From a virus: a DNA stretch of 64,000 nt. The notes below the pieces were generated by a model that was not told the origin of the DNA, ran no database searches, and worked only from the letters and a program-made list of their open reading frames with translations. Below, in pieces: positions 1 through 8,543 of the stretch. A program made the translations under genes and the position numbers. Every line of letters starts with the position of its first letter. The stretch's first letter is position 1. The stretch spans positions 18,630 to 82,629 of IMG/VR virus record IMGVR_UViG_3300000956_000001; one strand, given 5' to 3'.

Positions 1-805
1 CTGCCCTGTTAATGCGATCCAGCAGATCGGTACGATCGAAGCTCACCTCCTCCTCGTAGGCGAGCGAGGTGATCCTGTGAACGGGAGGCATTTCGCCACC
101 GAGCTTAACGACTTGGATCTGTGTGTAGTCGTCAGGCATAGCGACGAACATATTACCAGTACTGCCAACCAGCACGTCACCCATCTGCTTCATGAGCGAG
201 CCGATACTCCATGCTGGGATGACCATTGGTTCCTTGAGGTCAATCTCGCATGGAACGCGCGCGACCTTGTAGCGATCTGTCGCAAGCATGTGCTGCCCGT
301 CGATGAGCACGCCGTTCAGTGGTGCTGGACCTTCCTTCGACGCAGCCCACTCTACGCGAGTGATGTTGCCACCGAAGTTCGGCGCATTGACGAGTTCGAG
401 CGCATCTACCACCGACCACTCGGGATAGAACGGGTTCTGGTTTAGATTGAGCTGAACCTTCATTCGACCCGATGTGATAATGACAGGCCCCTTGCCGTCC
501 CAGGTAAAGGTAACCTGCTTGCCGGTCGTGGCTGGGAGTGTGCCGATGACGCCAGCAAGAAGCTGACTTGGAAGGCGCCAACGACAAGGATCACCTTCGC
601 ACACGTTCGTGTCGATTACCTCGACGTAGAACGTCTCGACATCAGTTGCGCGGATGACACAGGGAGCATCAGTTCCAGGTGCGATGTCGAAGATAATGCC
701 AGCTGCCTTGTCGAATGAGCTGCCCACCTTTGCTGGGGCCACGCGCGCAGCACGTTTCAAGGCATCCGCGATTGTTCCAGCTTCGAACGTGACCCTTGTT
801 GTCAT
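1..805 (-). CDS. DNA polymerase III beta (sliding clamp)-like protein, 3' end outside window
   Basis: Not in the ORF track because it runs off the edge. Manual translation from ATG 805 (ATGA overlap with upstream gene): MTTRVTFEAGTIADALKRAARVA...IRATDVE...HPLNGVLIDGQHMLATDRYKVA...VIP...FDRTDLLDRINRA. These match the DnaN motifs ATD(L)E, LNGV, ATDxxRL and R.EL..AL.R. Confidence 0.75.
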   Translation of the reverse strand, partial: MTTRVTFEAGTIADALKRAARVAPAKVGSSFDKAAGIIFDIAPGTDAPCVIRATDVETFYVEVIDTNVCEGDPCRWRLPSQLLAGVIGTLPATTGKQVTFTWDGKGPVIITSGRMKVQLNLNQNPFYPEWSVVDALELVNAPNFGGNITRVEWAASKEGPAPLNGVLIDGQHMLATDRYKVARVPCEIDLKEPMVIPAWSIGSLMKQMGDVLVGSTGNMFVAMPDDYTQIQVVKLGGEMPPVHRITSLAYEEEVSFDRTDLLDRINRA

Positions 806-1035
806 ACCTGGGTTTCGTCTTTCTGGTCGATGACCGGCTCTTCTACTGTGCTGCGTATGGCCACGACGCACACAATCTCGTCTACGCTGATCGTGTGAAG
901 TTTACGCGTCCAGTCTTCCGGCGTGTTCCACTTCATTCGAGTGAGATCGCCAGTCATCTCGTTGCGAACTGTGCCGATGTAGTCGCTGTCCACGACTACC
1001 TTGGCGCCGCTCTTGAATGTGATTTCGAGCTTCAC
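802..1035 (-). CDS. hypothetical protein
   Basis: 77-aa ORF tightly coupled to its neighbours by 4-nt overlaps. Confidence 0.7.
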   Translation of the reverse strand: MKLEITFKSGAKVVVDSDYIGTVRNEMTGDLTRMKWNTPEDWTRKLHTISVDEIVCVVAIRSTVEEPVIDQKDETQV

Positions 1036-1349
1036 GTGTTGCTCCGTCCCGCCGTTGCTTGACTAAGCCATCCCTTAATTATCTCAGGAGTAGGAATAAC
1101 CTTGCCCTCCTCTACGTCTATGAGCAGGTAGCACGCCGACACTTCTTTGTGACCTAGAGGATCACCACAGAAGTGACAGGTGTGTCGATCGTAGTTGCAT
1201 CGATCGCAACAATTATACGAGGGATGCTCGCCACCACACACCTGACAAAGGCCGAGAATCCACATAGCCTTGTCGTATTGAAGACCGCGAGCCTGAGCTT
1301 CTACGGCAGCAGCCACAACTTCGACGGCAATCTTGAATTCGCTAGACAT
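1032..1349 (-). CDS. hypothetical Cys/His-rich (zinc-binding) protein
   Basis: CQVC..H, CCDRC, CHFC..H motifs; operon packing. Confidence 0.7.
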   Translation of the reverse strand: MSSEFKIAVEVVAAAVEAQARGLQYDKAMWILGLCQVCGGEHPSYNCCDRCNYDRHTCHFCGDPLGHKEVSACYLLIDVEEGKVIPTPEIIKGWLSQATAGRSNT

Positions 1350-2031
1350 CGAGACCAGGCAGTGGATCCATACTACTCACGTCCTCGGGAATGCTGCAGT
1401 TGAGGAAATTCTCGTAGTAAAAGGTCAGCTCGCGAAGTGTCGCCATCATGTCGTCGCGCACGCGGTGTTTGGCGTTGGCCTTCTGGAACTGAGGCATGAG
1501 CTGCATCTCTGCGAACAGGCCGGGGTTAGCCTGACGACAGACTTCCTTGATGGCGCTGACGTCAGCGTTGCGGTAGGTGAAGAATTCGTGCGCAACGCTG
1601 AGATCGGCAGCCCAGAAGTCCCTGTCGAATGCGACCGACGATCCGGTCATAGGAAACTTTCCAGCTTCAAGACCGCAGATCTCTGTGAGCCATTCCCAGA
1701 TAGCCAGAGACACGAAGGTGGGACTGTAGTCTCCGTACTGCTTTCCGAGTCGGTGATGAATGAACTCGTAACCTTCGGGAAGTGCGCGAACCTCGGCGGC
1801 AAGTCCGTTCTCGACATGCATCTTTCGCACGAGATCAGAAGCGGTTGCGAAGGCGTCCTCCCAGCCCTCTGGGGCAACCAGCCACGAATTGACCGCCAGA
1901 GGGCTCAGCCACCGGTCGACGATCGTGACGCCGACTTCCAGAATGGCGTCCGTAGTCCAGTCGAGACCTGTGGTTTCGGTGTCGACGACAACATATGCCG
2001 CCTTGCTCGGGTCAATCAGATGTGTTGTCAC
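1342..2031 (-). CDS. oligoribonuclease-like DEDDh 3'-5' exonuclease
   Basis: VVVDTETTGLD, ILEVG, GSSVAFDRDF, YRNADVSAIKE, HRVRDDM mirror the Orn motifs. Start placed at GTG 2031 (the ORF track extends to 2175). Confidence 0.85.
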   Translation of the reverse strand: MTTHLIDPSKAAYVVVDTETTGLDWTTDAILEVGVTIVDRWLSPLAVNSWLVAPEGWEDAFATASDLVRKMHVENGLAAEVRALPEGYEFIHHRLGKQYGDYSPTFVSLAIWEWLTEICGLEAGKFPMTGSSVAFDRDFWAADLSVAHEFFTYRNADVSAIKEVCRQANPGLFAEMQLMPQFQKANAKHRVRDDMMATLRELTFYYENFLNCSIPEDVSSMDPLPGLDV

Positions 2032-2260
2032 GGGGTTTGTTTGGTCCTTCCGCAAGGTATCGGTTGACTTCTGCCTTGGAGATTCGCCAGCCCTTACCTG
2101 GCTTGATTGCAGCGATGCGTCCGTCTCGACACATCCGCTGCACAGTGGCCTGCTGAAGACCGAGGATAAATCCAACTTCCACGGGTTCGTAGAGTCTATC
2201 CTTGCCCGATAGCAGGTCTTGCGGGTCAGGTCCGGTGCTGGCAGTCACAACTTGCTCCAC
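2012..2260 (-). CDS. excisionase-like helix-turn-helix DNA-binding protein
   Basis: LYEPVEVGFILGLQQATVQRMCRDGRIAAIKPGKGWRISKAEV is the typical Xis/HTH_17 pattern; start uncertain. Confidence 0.8.
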   Translation of the reverse strand: MEQVVTASTGPDPQDLLSGKDRLYEPVEVGFILGLQQATVQRMCRDGRIAAIKPGKGWRISKAEVNRYLAEGPNKPRDNTSD

Positions 2261-2324
2261 CCCTGCATGAGCTGTGGTCGCCCATCTTGCAGGCTTCGCA
2301 GATGAACTTCAGAATTCTCTTCAT
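2226..2324 (-). CDS. small Cys-rich peptide (32 aa)
   Basis: MKRILKFICEACKMGDHSSCRGGASCDCQHRT, read manually; fills the operon gap. Confidence 0.45.
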   Translation of the reverse strand: MKRILKFICEACKMGDHSSCRGGASCDCQHRT

Positions 2325-2325
2325 G

Positions 2326-2418
2326 TCACGGCCTGTCGTAGATGAGGAAGTAGCACGGAGTTGTCACGATAATAGCAACAAGAAGAAACCACAGGAACAT
2401 CCTCAGTGCTCTTATCAT
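2326..2418 (-). CDS. small membrane peptide (30 aa)
   Basis: MIRALRMFLWFLLVAIIVTTPCYFLIYDRP; ATGA overlap with the helicase stop. Confidence 0.5.
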   Translation of the reverse strand: MIRALRMFLWFLLVAIIVTTPCYFLIYDRP

Positions 2419-3866
2419 GTGACGTACTCCTTTGTACGAAGTGCCTTCAGAATTGCGCGCGTTACCTGGGCATCTTCGATAACCCTGTCGAACTCTTTTG
2501 ACTTTGCCTTATTGATTGCTTCGACGCGTTGCTCTGCGGTGCCGCGTGTGATGAAGTCAGTTACCTGAATCGGCTGCGTGAGGTCCGCTCCGATACGGTG
2601 TAGCCTGTCAACTGCCTGCTGGTTCAAGCCAGGAACAAATAGGCGATCTACACGGAAGGCGTTCCTCGACCACGTCATGTTGAGCCCTACGCCAGCAACC
2701 TGCGTCATGCAGATAAGAACGCCAGCCTGCGGTAGACTGCCCATCTTCTTGACGATATCTTGTCGCTCGTTCGGCGGAACATCACCGTGGAGCTGCATAT
2801 TAGGAATGCCGACCTTTGTGAATCTATCAACAAGACACTGAATCACTGGTCGAAAGCGTGTGAAAATGACAACCTTCTCGTCACGCATAACCAGTTCGCT
2901 TGCGCGATCCACCACCGCGTCGAGCTTGTAGCTATCGTCGGGGTAGCCGAGGGTCGCTGGCGTAGCGCAGATCTGAAGAATCCGCATAAGGCGCAGCATG
3001 GGATCTTCGGTGTCGAAGTTCTTTTCGCTTGGATCAACATTGGCGATCTCAAATTCTTCCTCTGCCTGTTCGTACAATGCAAGCTGCGCTGGGTGCAGAT
3101 CCACAAGCACCTGAATGTACTGAACTTCGGGGAGGTCGAGAACATCCTTTTTGAGTCTACGAAGCATAACCTGATTCAGGATGCCGTGGAGCTGCTTTCC
3201 GTTCTTGTGGCCCGTGACAGTCCTATTTTTGAAACCACCCATTACACAGTAACGGTTCCTGTATGCGTAATAGTTGGGGAAGAACTTCGGCGCGATGCGA
3301 TTCAGCATCGGCCACAGTTCGGATACGTTGTTGAGCACCGGCGTACCTGTGAGGCAGATAGAACGATCGCCTTTTAGTGCGAGGCATGCCTTTGTGCGCT
3401 TGGCCTCGGGATTCTTGATCGTATGCGCCTCGTCGAAGATGAGCATTCGCGCGTTGAGCACATTCAGTTCGGCGAGATGGGTTTCAACCTGCTCGTAATT
3501 GACAATCAGGATCTTCGGCTTTTTCCACAGTGCGAACTCGACGATCTGAGCGGTGCGTTCGATTGAGGTAAGAGTACGTGGTCGTCCAGTTCTCGGGCTG
3601 TACTCTTGTCCCAGAATCTTGTACGGGATGCGCGTGAACTTTTCGATCTCGTCGGCCCAGTTACCACGAAGCGAGACAGGACATACCACGATGCACGTGT
3701 CACCCTGACCGGTAAACACGTCACCGATGAAGACAGTCAGAGCCTGGAGCGACTTCCCTAGTCCCATGTCATCGGCCAGCAGGGAGCTGTTCCAATGCAT
3801 GAGCTGACGGATGCCCTCGACCTGATGGGGGTAGTAGACTACCTCATCCTTCAGGTAGGGCTCCAT
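2415..3866 (-). CDS. SNF2-family (superfamily 2) helicase
   Basis: LLADDMGLGKS, VVCP.SL..NW..EI, IFDEAH.IKN, LTGTP, MLRRLKKDVL.LP, GVGLNM, QAVDRLHRIG; likely start MEPYLK at 3866. Confidence 0.92.
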   Translation of the reverse strand: MEPYLKDEVVYYPHQVEGIRQLMHWNSSLLADDMGLGKSLQALTVFIGDVFTGQGDTCIVVCPVSLRGNWADEIEKFTRIPYKILGQEYSPRTGRPRTLTSIERTAQIVEFALWKKPKILIVNYEQVETHLAELNVLNARMLIFDEAHTIKNPEAKRTKACLALKGDRSICLTGTPVLNNVSELWPMLNRIAPKFFPNYYAYRNRYCVMGGFKNRTVTGHKNGKQLHGILNQVMLRRLKKDVLDLPEVQYIQVLVDLHPAQLALYEQAEEEFEIANVDPSEKNFDTEDPMLRLMRILQICATPATLGYPDDSYKLDAVVDRASELVMRDEKVVIFTRFRPVIQCLVDRFTKVGIPNMQLHGDVPPNERQDIVKKMGSLPQAGVLICMTQVAGVGLNMTWSRNAFRVDRLFVPGLNQQAVDRLHRIGADLTQPIQVTDFITRGTAEQRVEAINKAKSKEFDRVIEDAQVTRAILKALRTKEYVT

Positions 3867-4200
3867 CGACTTCCGGGGGGCTGCCACTGGGTGTCCTCCA
3901 TGTTCCGATGTGCCAAGTTCCGCAGAAGTTGTCGTAGTAGGCACTCTTGCTTCCATTGCGCCTGGCGGCTTCGAGTCCCTCTTCGAGGGAGAAGTAGTGA
4001 CGCTTCTCCTTCAGCGGGAACTTCCACTTTACGACGTGCTGGCGAGGCCATTGCTCCTGTGGGATGTCCAGAGGGTCTATCATCCCAGCGCACTTATAGC
4101 TACAGTACAGACCCTTGATGATATACAGACAGAGATAGTTCCGGCACTTAAAGCATCTAATCCTGTTCGGATAGCGGTGTGCCGAGCCGGTCTTTTGCAA
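3844..4200 (-). CDS. hypothetical zinc-binding protein
   Basis: CFKC...YCSYKC, Y...FCGTWHIG; operon packing. Confidence 0.6.
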   Translation of the reverse strand: MQKTGSAHRYPNRIRCFKCRNYLCLYIIKGLYCSYKCAGMIDPLDIPQEQWPRQHVVKWKFPLKEKRHYFSLEEGLEAARRNGSKSAYYDNFCGTWHIGTWRTPSGSPPEVDGALPEG

Positions 4201-4744
4201 TGCGTGCCTCCTCTCCGTCAGAATGACCCTCGTAGTACTCGTCCAGGTTGGCTTCGAGCTTCTCCAACTCTACAGGGGAAAGGGTAGATTCTCCATCCAG
4301 TCCCTGCCGGTACCCGAGATCATAGGAGACGTGACGATCACTGAAGATGCCGTCGACGTACGCTGTCTTGGGATCTTCGGCGAGCAGCGTTTCGTAATCC
4401 GGCTGGTCGATCGCAAGACCAGCGCGCATCTTCGAGATGCAATCCCGACACGCCAGGCGTCCACTACGTGACCGCAGGACAGCGCTATCCTTTTTCTTCC
4501 CATGCACCCACGAAGTAATTTCCTCGTGCGTGTCGGGATCGCTTGGATCGACACGGCGCTGACAAAAGCAGCACTGGTGCCGTGTCGTAAGATCAGGTTC
4601 CTCTTGTGTAACAGCGTTTTCTTCATGTGCCTCGTCTCCGGAGGGAGGATCAAACAAGGCTTCCTGGCAAGTTTCCAGTACCTGATGGTATCCAGTACCG
4701 ATGTCAATCGTGGGCGAGTCCGTCGGTCCAGTGGACGGTTCCAT
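4157..4744 (-). CDS. hypothetical protein (CxxC...CxxC)
   Basis: 195-aa ORF in the operon frame. Confidence 0.65.
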   Translation of the reverse strand: MEPSTGPTDSPTIDIGTGYHQVLETCQEALFDPPSGDEAHEENAVTQEEPDLTTRHQCCFCQRRVDPSDPDTHEEITSWVHGKKKDSAVLRSRSGRLACRDCISKMRAGLAIDQPDYETLLAEDPKTAYVDGIFSDRHVSYDLGYRQGLDGESTLSPVELEKLEANLDEYYEGHSDGEEARIAKDRLGTPLSEQD

Positions 4745-4889
4745 CAGCGTCTACTCTCATCCCAGGTCCGATTACTGCTTCAGTGAATGGATCGCGCACC
4801 TGCTGGAGGACAGGCTCGCCGGACGGTGCGTCGGGATCGAAGAACTGACTTACGTCAAAATCCCTTTGTTCGGGCGTCAGCTCGGCCAC
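4704..4889 (-). CDS. hypothetical protein
   Basis: 61 aa; stop/start overlap with upstream gene. Confidence 0.55.
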   Translation of the reverse strand: MAELTPEQRDFDVSQFFDPDAPSGEPVLQQVRDPFTEAVIGPGMRVDADGTVHWTDGLAHD

Positions 4890-5251
4890 TAGATGCCGTG
4901 CATCGAGGTCTCGTGCGCCGTGCTACCACAGGTCAGGCACGCCTTGTGCTTGAGTTGCAGGTAGACCGACAGCTGGCCCGACAGGTAGTGCGGAAACACT
5001 GTGTCAGCTTGCGTTGCAAGATGCTGCATGAGCGTGAACAGCGTGTACGTGTGTTCAGCGTTCATCTCTCTCATCATGCGGTCGATCGAGGCGCGCAACT
5101 CTTGCGCCTGTGCATGCGCGCGATCGTGGGCTTCTTGCTGAGCCTTGATGAATGCAGCTGGTCCCACGATTACCATTTCTCCGTCACTGTGCGTCTCGAT
5201 GTCTTGATCATTCTCTTCGTTTTCATCTGGAACGTCGGCATCTTCGCTCAT
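4889..5251 (-). CDS. hypothetical protein
   Basis: 120 aa, AGGA RBS, acidic N-terminus, C-terminal CxxC. Confidence 0.7.
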   Translation of the reverse strand: MSEDADVPDENEENDQDIETHSDGEMVIVGPAAFIKAQQEAHDRAHAQAQELRASIDRMMREMNAEHTYTLFTLMQHLATQADTVFPHYLSGQLSVYLQLKHKACLTCGSTAHETSMHGI

Positions 5252-5280
5252 GATTTCCTGTCTTGTATGGTATCATAGAG

Positions 5281-5318
5281 GCTGGCCCGGTAGCCACACA
5301 CTCGACTACCGGGCCAGC
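5281..5318 (-). terminator. intrinsic terminator-like hairpin
   Basis: 13-bp perfect stem GCTGGCCCGGTAG/CTACCGGGCCAGC just after the SSB-like gene. Confidence 0.7.
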
Positions 5319-5336
5319 TTTACCTTGCAGTGCGAA

Positions 5337-6482
5337 CTAGAAGGGCAGTGCCTCGTCGTCTCGGGCACTGCCAACGACTGGCGTTGAAGGTGCCGAAGTC
5401 GTCGGGAACGGCATACCAGCAGGCTCGACCACCAGGCCAGTAACTACTGGCGCCGGAGTCACGACGACGGGCTGTGCCGCCTGCGCTGCCTGTGCAGCAG
5501 CCTGGTCCCGCTGCCACTGCTCGAATGCCGCGCGCTGTGGATCGACGGCGGGCTGGGCGGGCTGGACAGGTGCTGCCGTCGACGGTTGCACGACGGTCTG
5601 CTGTCCAGGAGCCCAGCTGTTGTTGCCGAAGCCAGCATTGACGTTCTGCTGAGCGATGTTCTGACCGGTCACGTTCTCCTGCTGCTTGTCGTCGTCGTCG
5701 TTGCGCGGCGGACGAGTCACATAGCCTCGAACCTGAAGATAGTTCTGCTGGTACATCGGCCAGAGTCCCTGGTCGGTGCGCCCTGTTGCCACCATGGTCG
5801 GAACGTAGTACTTGTTCTTACCACGCATCTGTGCAGTAAGGCCCCACCTGCCGCGGATGGCAAAGGCGGGAAGCTCCTGTCGGTGGATGCTTCCGAAGAA
5901 CGACTTGCTGATGTTGATACTGGAGCGCTGGGCAGTGAACAGCGCGAGCATCGATGGCTCGTTACCCTCGGATGCGTAGAGGAGTACGATGGCGTGCTGC
6001 TGGCTGCACCAGGTCTTCTTGCCGTCTGGGTGACTTCCCCACGTAGCGAGGCGACAAGTTGAGCAGGGAAGCGTCGTGCGTCCCGCCTCGTTCTTGGCGA
6101 AGTCGTTCGGATTCCAGCCGGTTGCCTGCCAGGGGAAGGCCTCCAGCGGGTCTTTGCTTGTGGTGTTCGGGTAGCCAGCCGAGTTGTCGACCGAGCGACA
6201 CATCGGCTTCTTCTTGGTGCTGTCGTCCATGATGGCGGGCCACAGCACCCGCTGCTTCACGAGACCCAGCGGAATGACCTCGATAACCGGGTAGGCCAGC
6301 TCCGGTGCAAGGCTGTCGACGTAGCCACCCATCTCGTGATTGATCGAGAGTCGTGGGAGCTTGAGGTCTTCGACACCGAAGTCCTCAAGGCCGGTCACAG
6401 AGTCGTCATACACTCCGGGACCAACCAGATCGGTACCTGGCTCTGTCACGTTTTGTCCGTTCTGCCGTTTTGTCTGTTTCAC
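5337..6482 (-). CDS. putative ssDNA-binding/recombination protein
   Basis: PRL...RVLW...CRS.D...C..C...W...C core, Q/P/A-rich linker and SSB-type acidic tail DDEALPF. Confidence 0.6.
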   Translation of the reverse strand: MKQTKRQNGQNVTEPGTDLVGPGVYDDSVTGLEDFGVEDLKLPRLSINHEMGGYVDSLAPELAYPVIEVIPLGLVKQRVLWPAIMDDSTKKKPMCRSVDNSAGYPNTTSKDPLEAFPWQATGWNPNDFAKNEAGRTTLPCSTCRLATWGSHPDGKKTWCSQQHAIVLLYASEGNEPSMLALFTAQRSSINISKSFFGSIHRQELPAFAIRGRWGLTAQMRGKNKYYVPTMVATGRTDQGLWPMYQQNYLQVRGYVTRPPRNDDDDKQQENVTGQNIAQQNVNAGFGNNSWAPGQQTVVQPSTAAPVQPAQPAVDPQRAAFEQWQRDQAAAQAAQAAQPVVVTPAPVVTGLVVEPAGMPFPTTSAPSTPVVGSARDDEALPF

Positions 6483-6517
6483 AGGACTTGTGTGGTTCTG
6501 GCGTTACTGTACGCGGA

Positions 6518-6976
6518 TTAGTACGGCCATTCCTGAGCGCCGACCTGTGCGACCGTTGAAGCTTCCTTCACGGCAGAGAGGTACTTGAAGTACCCACCCA
6601 GTTCGTTAAGGCGAGCAACATGCGCGCGGTGGTTGTACTCCACCGACTTCACCTGAGCGTTGATAGCGTCACGCCGCGCCATGGCGTCGAGCCGGAGCCG
6701 GTTGAGATCCACCAGTTCCTGGCTGTGTGCGTAGGCGAGCTTGATGTGACGCTCGAACTCCGTCGGACGCATCTCCGGATTGTTGAGCGACTCGTAGACG
6801 AGGATGTCCTGGCGCTTCCGCTCAATGTCGGCATCCAGGTTCCGCGTCTCGGTCTCGAAGTTTGCCTGCGTACGGTAGAGATCCGCGAGCTGCGAGGTAA
6901 GCTGCTCCGCCTCAATCCAGGTGCGATGGACTCCGAGCTTGTCTTCCGCGTACGAGATTGCCCTGTTGCTTCCCAT
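6518..6976 (-). CDS. hypothetical coiled-coil protein
   Basis: 152 aa; a promoter immediately upstream implies a leaderless mRNA. Confidence 0.7.
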   Translation of the reverse strand: MGSNRAISYAEDKLGVHRTWIEAEQLTSQLADLYRTQANFETETRNLDADIERKRQDILVYESLNNPEMRPTEFERHIKLAYAHSQELVDLNRLRLDAMARRDAINAQVKSVEYNHRAHVARLNELGGYFKYLSAVKEASTVAQVGAQEWPY

Positions 6977-6982
6977 GCGCCT

Positions 6983-7012
6983 ATCCTAGATCGCAGGATA
7001 CCGGCATGTCAA
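6983..7012 (-). promoter_or_regulatory. sigma70/HrdB-type promoter
   Basis: TTGACA-18-TAGGAT on the minus strand; predicted start site coincides with ATG 6976. Confidence 0.65.
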
Positions 7013-7055
7013 CCTATCGCCACGAAAAGCATGTTATCGGCGCGGCTCGGCTACG

Positions 7056-7349
7056 TCAAGCAAAGTGGGTCATCGTTTGAATCTTGATACCACGACGCTT
7101 ACACCAGCGGACGAACTCGCTAACATTGACACGCCAGTCAGGTCTCTCGTCCGCCGGTGCGATGTTGACTGCGTCCATCTGATGTGACGCCTTGATGCCA
7201 GACGATCTGCCTGCGTAGTACAGGTAGGTATTCATGAGGTGCGTTTCACTGATGTTCAGCATCGAAGCAAGCTGGTCCGTAGTGAACAGGAAGATCACTG
7301 GCGGTAGGCCGACGCTTTGGCCGGTCATTCCCGAGTCAGGCCTGCCCAT
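7056..7349 (-). CDS. HTH (excisionase-like) DNA-binding protein
   Basis: FTTDQLASMLNISE...WRV...EF.RW. Confidence 0.65.
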   Translation of the reverse strand: MGRPDSGMTGQSVGLPPVIFLFTTDQLASMLNISETHLMNTYLYYAGRSSGIKASHQMDAVNIAPADERPDWRVNVSEFVRWCKRRGIKIQTMTHFA

Positions 7350-8308
7350 CAGAAGAAGCCCTTCATGCGCTTATCTGCCTCGCGCTTCGTGCGGTAAGTT
7401 GCGACTTCGAGTCCGAGCTTCAGGACGTTGTCATTGAAGCCCATAAATCGCATTGGCTTGGTGCCGATCATGGCGAACCCCTTGTCGGCCCAGCGATTGA
7501 GGACTGAATAAATCGCGCCTTGACTCGGGGAGTTCTCTGCGTCGATCATGAGCGAGATTGCGTCAGTAGTAAGCAACTCCCAGGGAAGGAACCCGTCCAA
7601 CCAGAGCTTACAGACGATCTCAACGTTCGAATCCAGCTCGCCGCGTCGTCGACGCTCGCCCGTCTCTTCGCGCTGCGACTCGTCGGCCTCCTCGCCAAGA
7701 ACCCTCACGCGCACGAGGTTTGCCAGCTGGTCAGACACCTTCGGAGATGCAATCAACTGGCGGTACATGTGGTACGGGTCTGGCGGAATCACCGTGACGT
7801 CATTACCGGCGGGCAGGATTGTCACGCGCCCGGTGCCCGATTTAACGGCCTCCACGATGTCCCTAACGGCCGTATCCGGCATGTCGTTGGGTAGGGTGAC
7901 CGGCGATGAAGCAACGGCCTCCATGGCCCGTACCGTGGCAGCCAATGCATGACACCAGCAAGTACATGTTGCTCCACTGAATCGCCAGACGTATTCTCCC
8001 TGGCAAGACTGCATGAGTGTACCCAGGTAGCTGAACGTTTTGCTTCCCTCGTGGGCACCGTTGGCACAGTGTCCAGTCACGTAAGGGAACTTAGTCCCCG
8101 GAGGATACTCGTCTACGGGCGCGGTCTTCTTCGACTTCGCGGGCGGCGTTGAATCCACTGCAAATGCCTGTGATGGGATATTCGACGAGAGGTCCGGTAG
8201 CGGGAGAAAGGTCGAAGGTTGTGTCGGCGTGGGCAGAGGAAAGTCGAGTACTACCTCCGTCAGCCTCTCGTCCGTCGACACCGAGCTGTCCACCGGAAAC
8301 GGGAACAT
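7349..8308 (-). CDS. hypothetical protein with C-terminal winged-helix-like domain
   Basis: Likely start MFPFPV after GGGGAG; C..G.H / CTCWCH motif; C-terminal LTTDAI...PSQGAIYSVLNRW. Confidence 0.65.
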   Translation of the reverse strand: MFPFPVDSSVSTDERLTEVVLDFPLPTPTQPSTFLPLPDLSSNIPSQAFAVDSTPPAKSKKTAPVDEYPPGTKFPYVTGHCANGAHEGSKTFSYLGTLMQSCQGEYVWRFSGATCTCWCHALAATVRAMEAVASSPVTLPNDMPDTAVRDIVEAVKSGTGRVTILPAGNDVTVIPPDPYHMYRQLIASPKVSDQLANLVRVRVLGEEADESQREETGERRRRGELDSNVEIVCKLWLDGFLPWELLTTDAISLMIDAENSPSQGAIYSVLNRWADKGFAMIGTKPMRFMGFNDNVLKLGLEVATYRTKREADKRMKGFF

Positions 8309-8543
8309 CGTACTCCCCAGGGATTGACTTGATGAAGAAGATCTCTTCGATGCGAGTGACGTGCATGCCTTCATGTGTTGCCCACTCGCGAATGTTCTCG
8401 TAGTTCAGAGCATCCATTACAATGCTGTGATGAGCGCCCGCTCGGTCCGTGCACGTAGGCGAGAAGGCGCACGCACCAGCCTTTTTATCGTCAGGGCTGT
8501 GCATGACTGGCGGTAGCAGCTTGAATGTCACGATGAAATGCAT
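8091..8543 (-). CDS. hypothetical protein
   Basis: Starts at the recombinase stop; the 3' part overlaps the next gene. Confidence 0.5.
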   Translation of the reverse strand: MHFIVTFKLLPPVMHSPDDKKAGACAFSPTCTDRAGAHHSIVMDALNYENIREWATHEGMHVTRIEEIFFIKSIPGEYDVPVSGGQLGVDGREADGGSTRLSSAHADTTFDLSPATGPLVEYPITGICSGFNAAREVEEDRARRRVSSGD

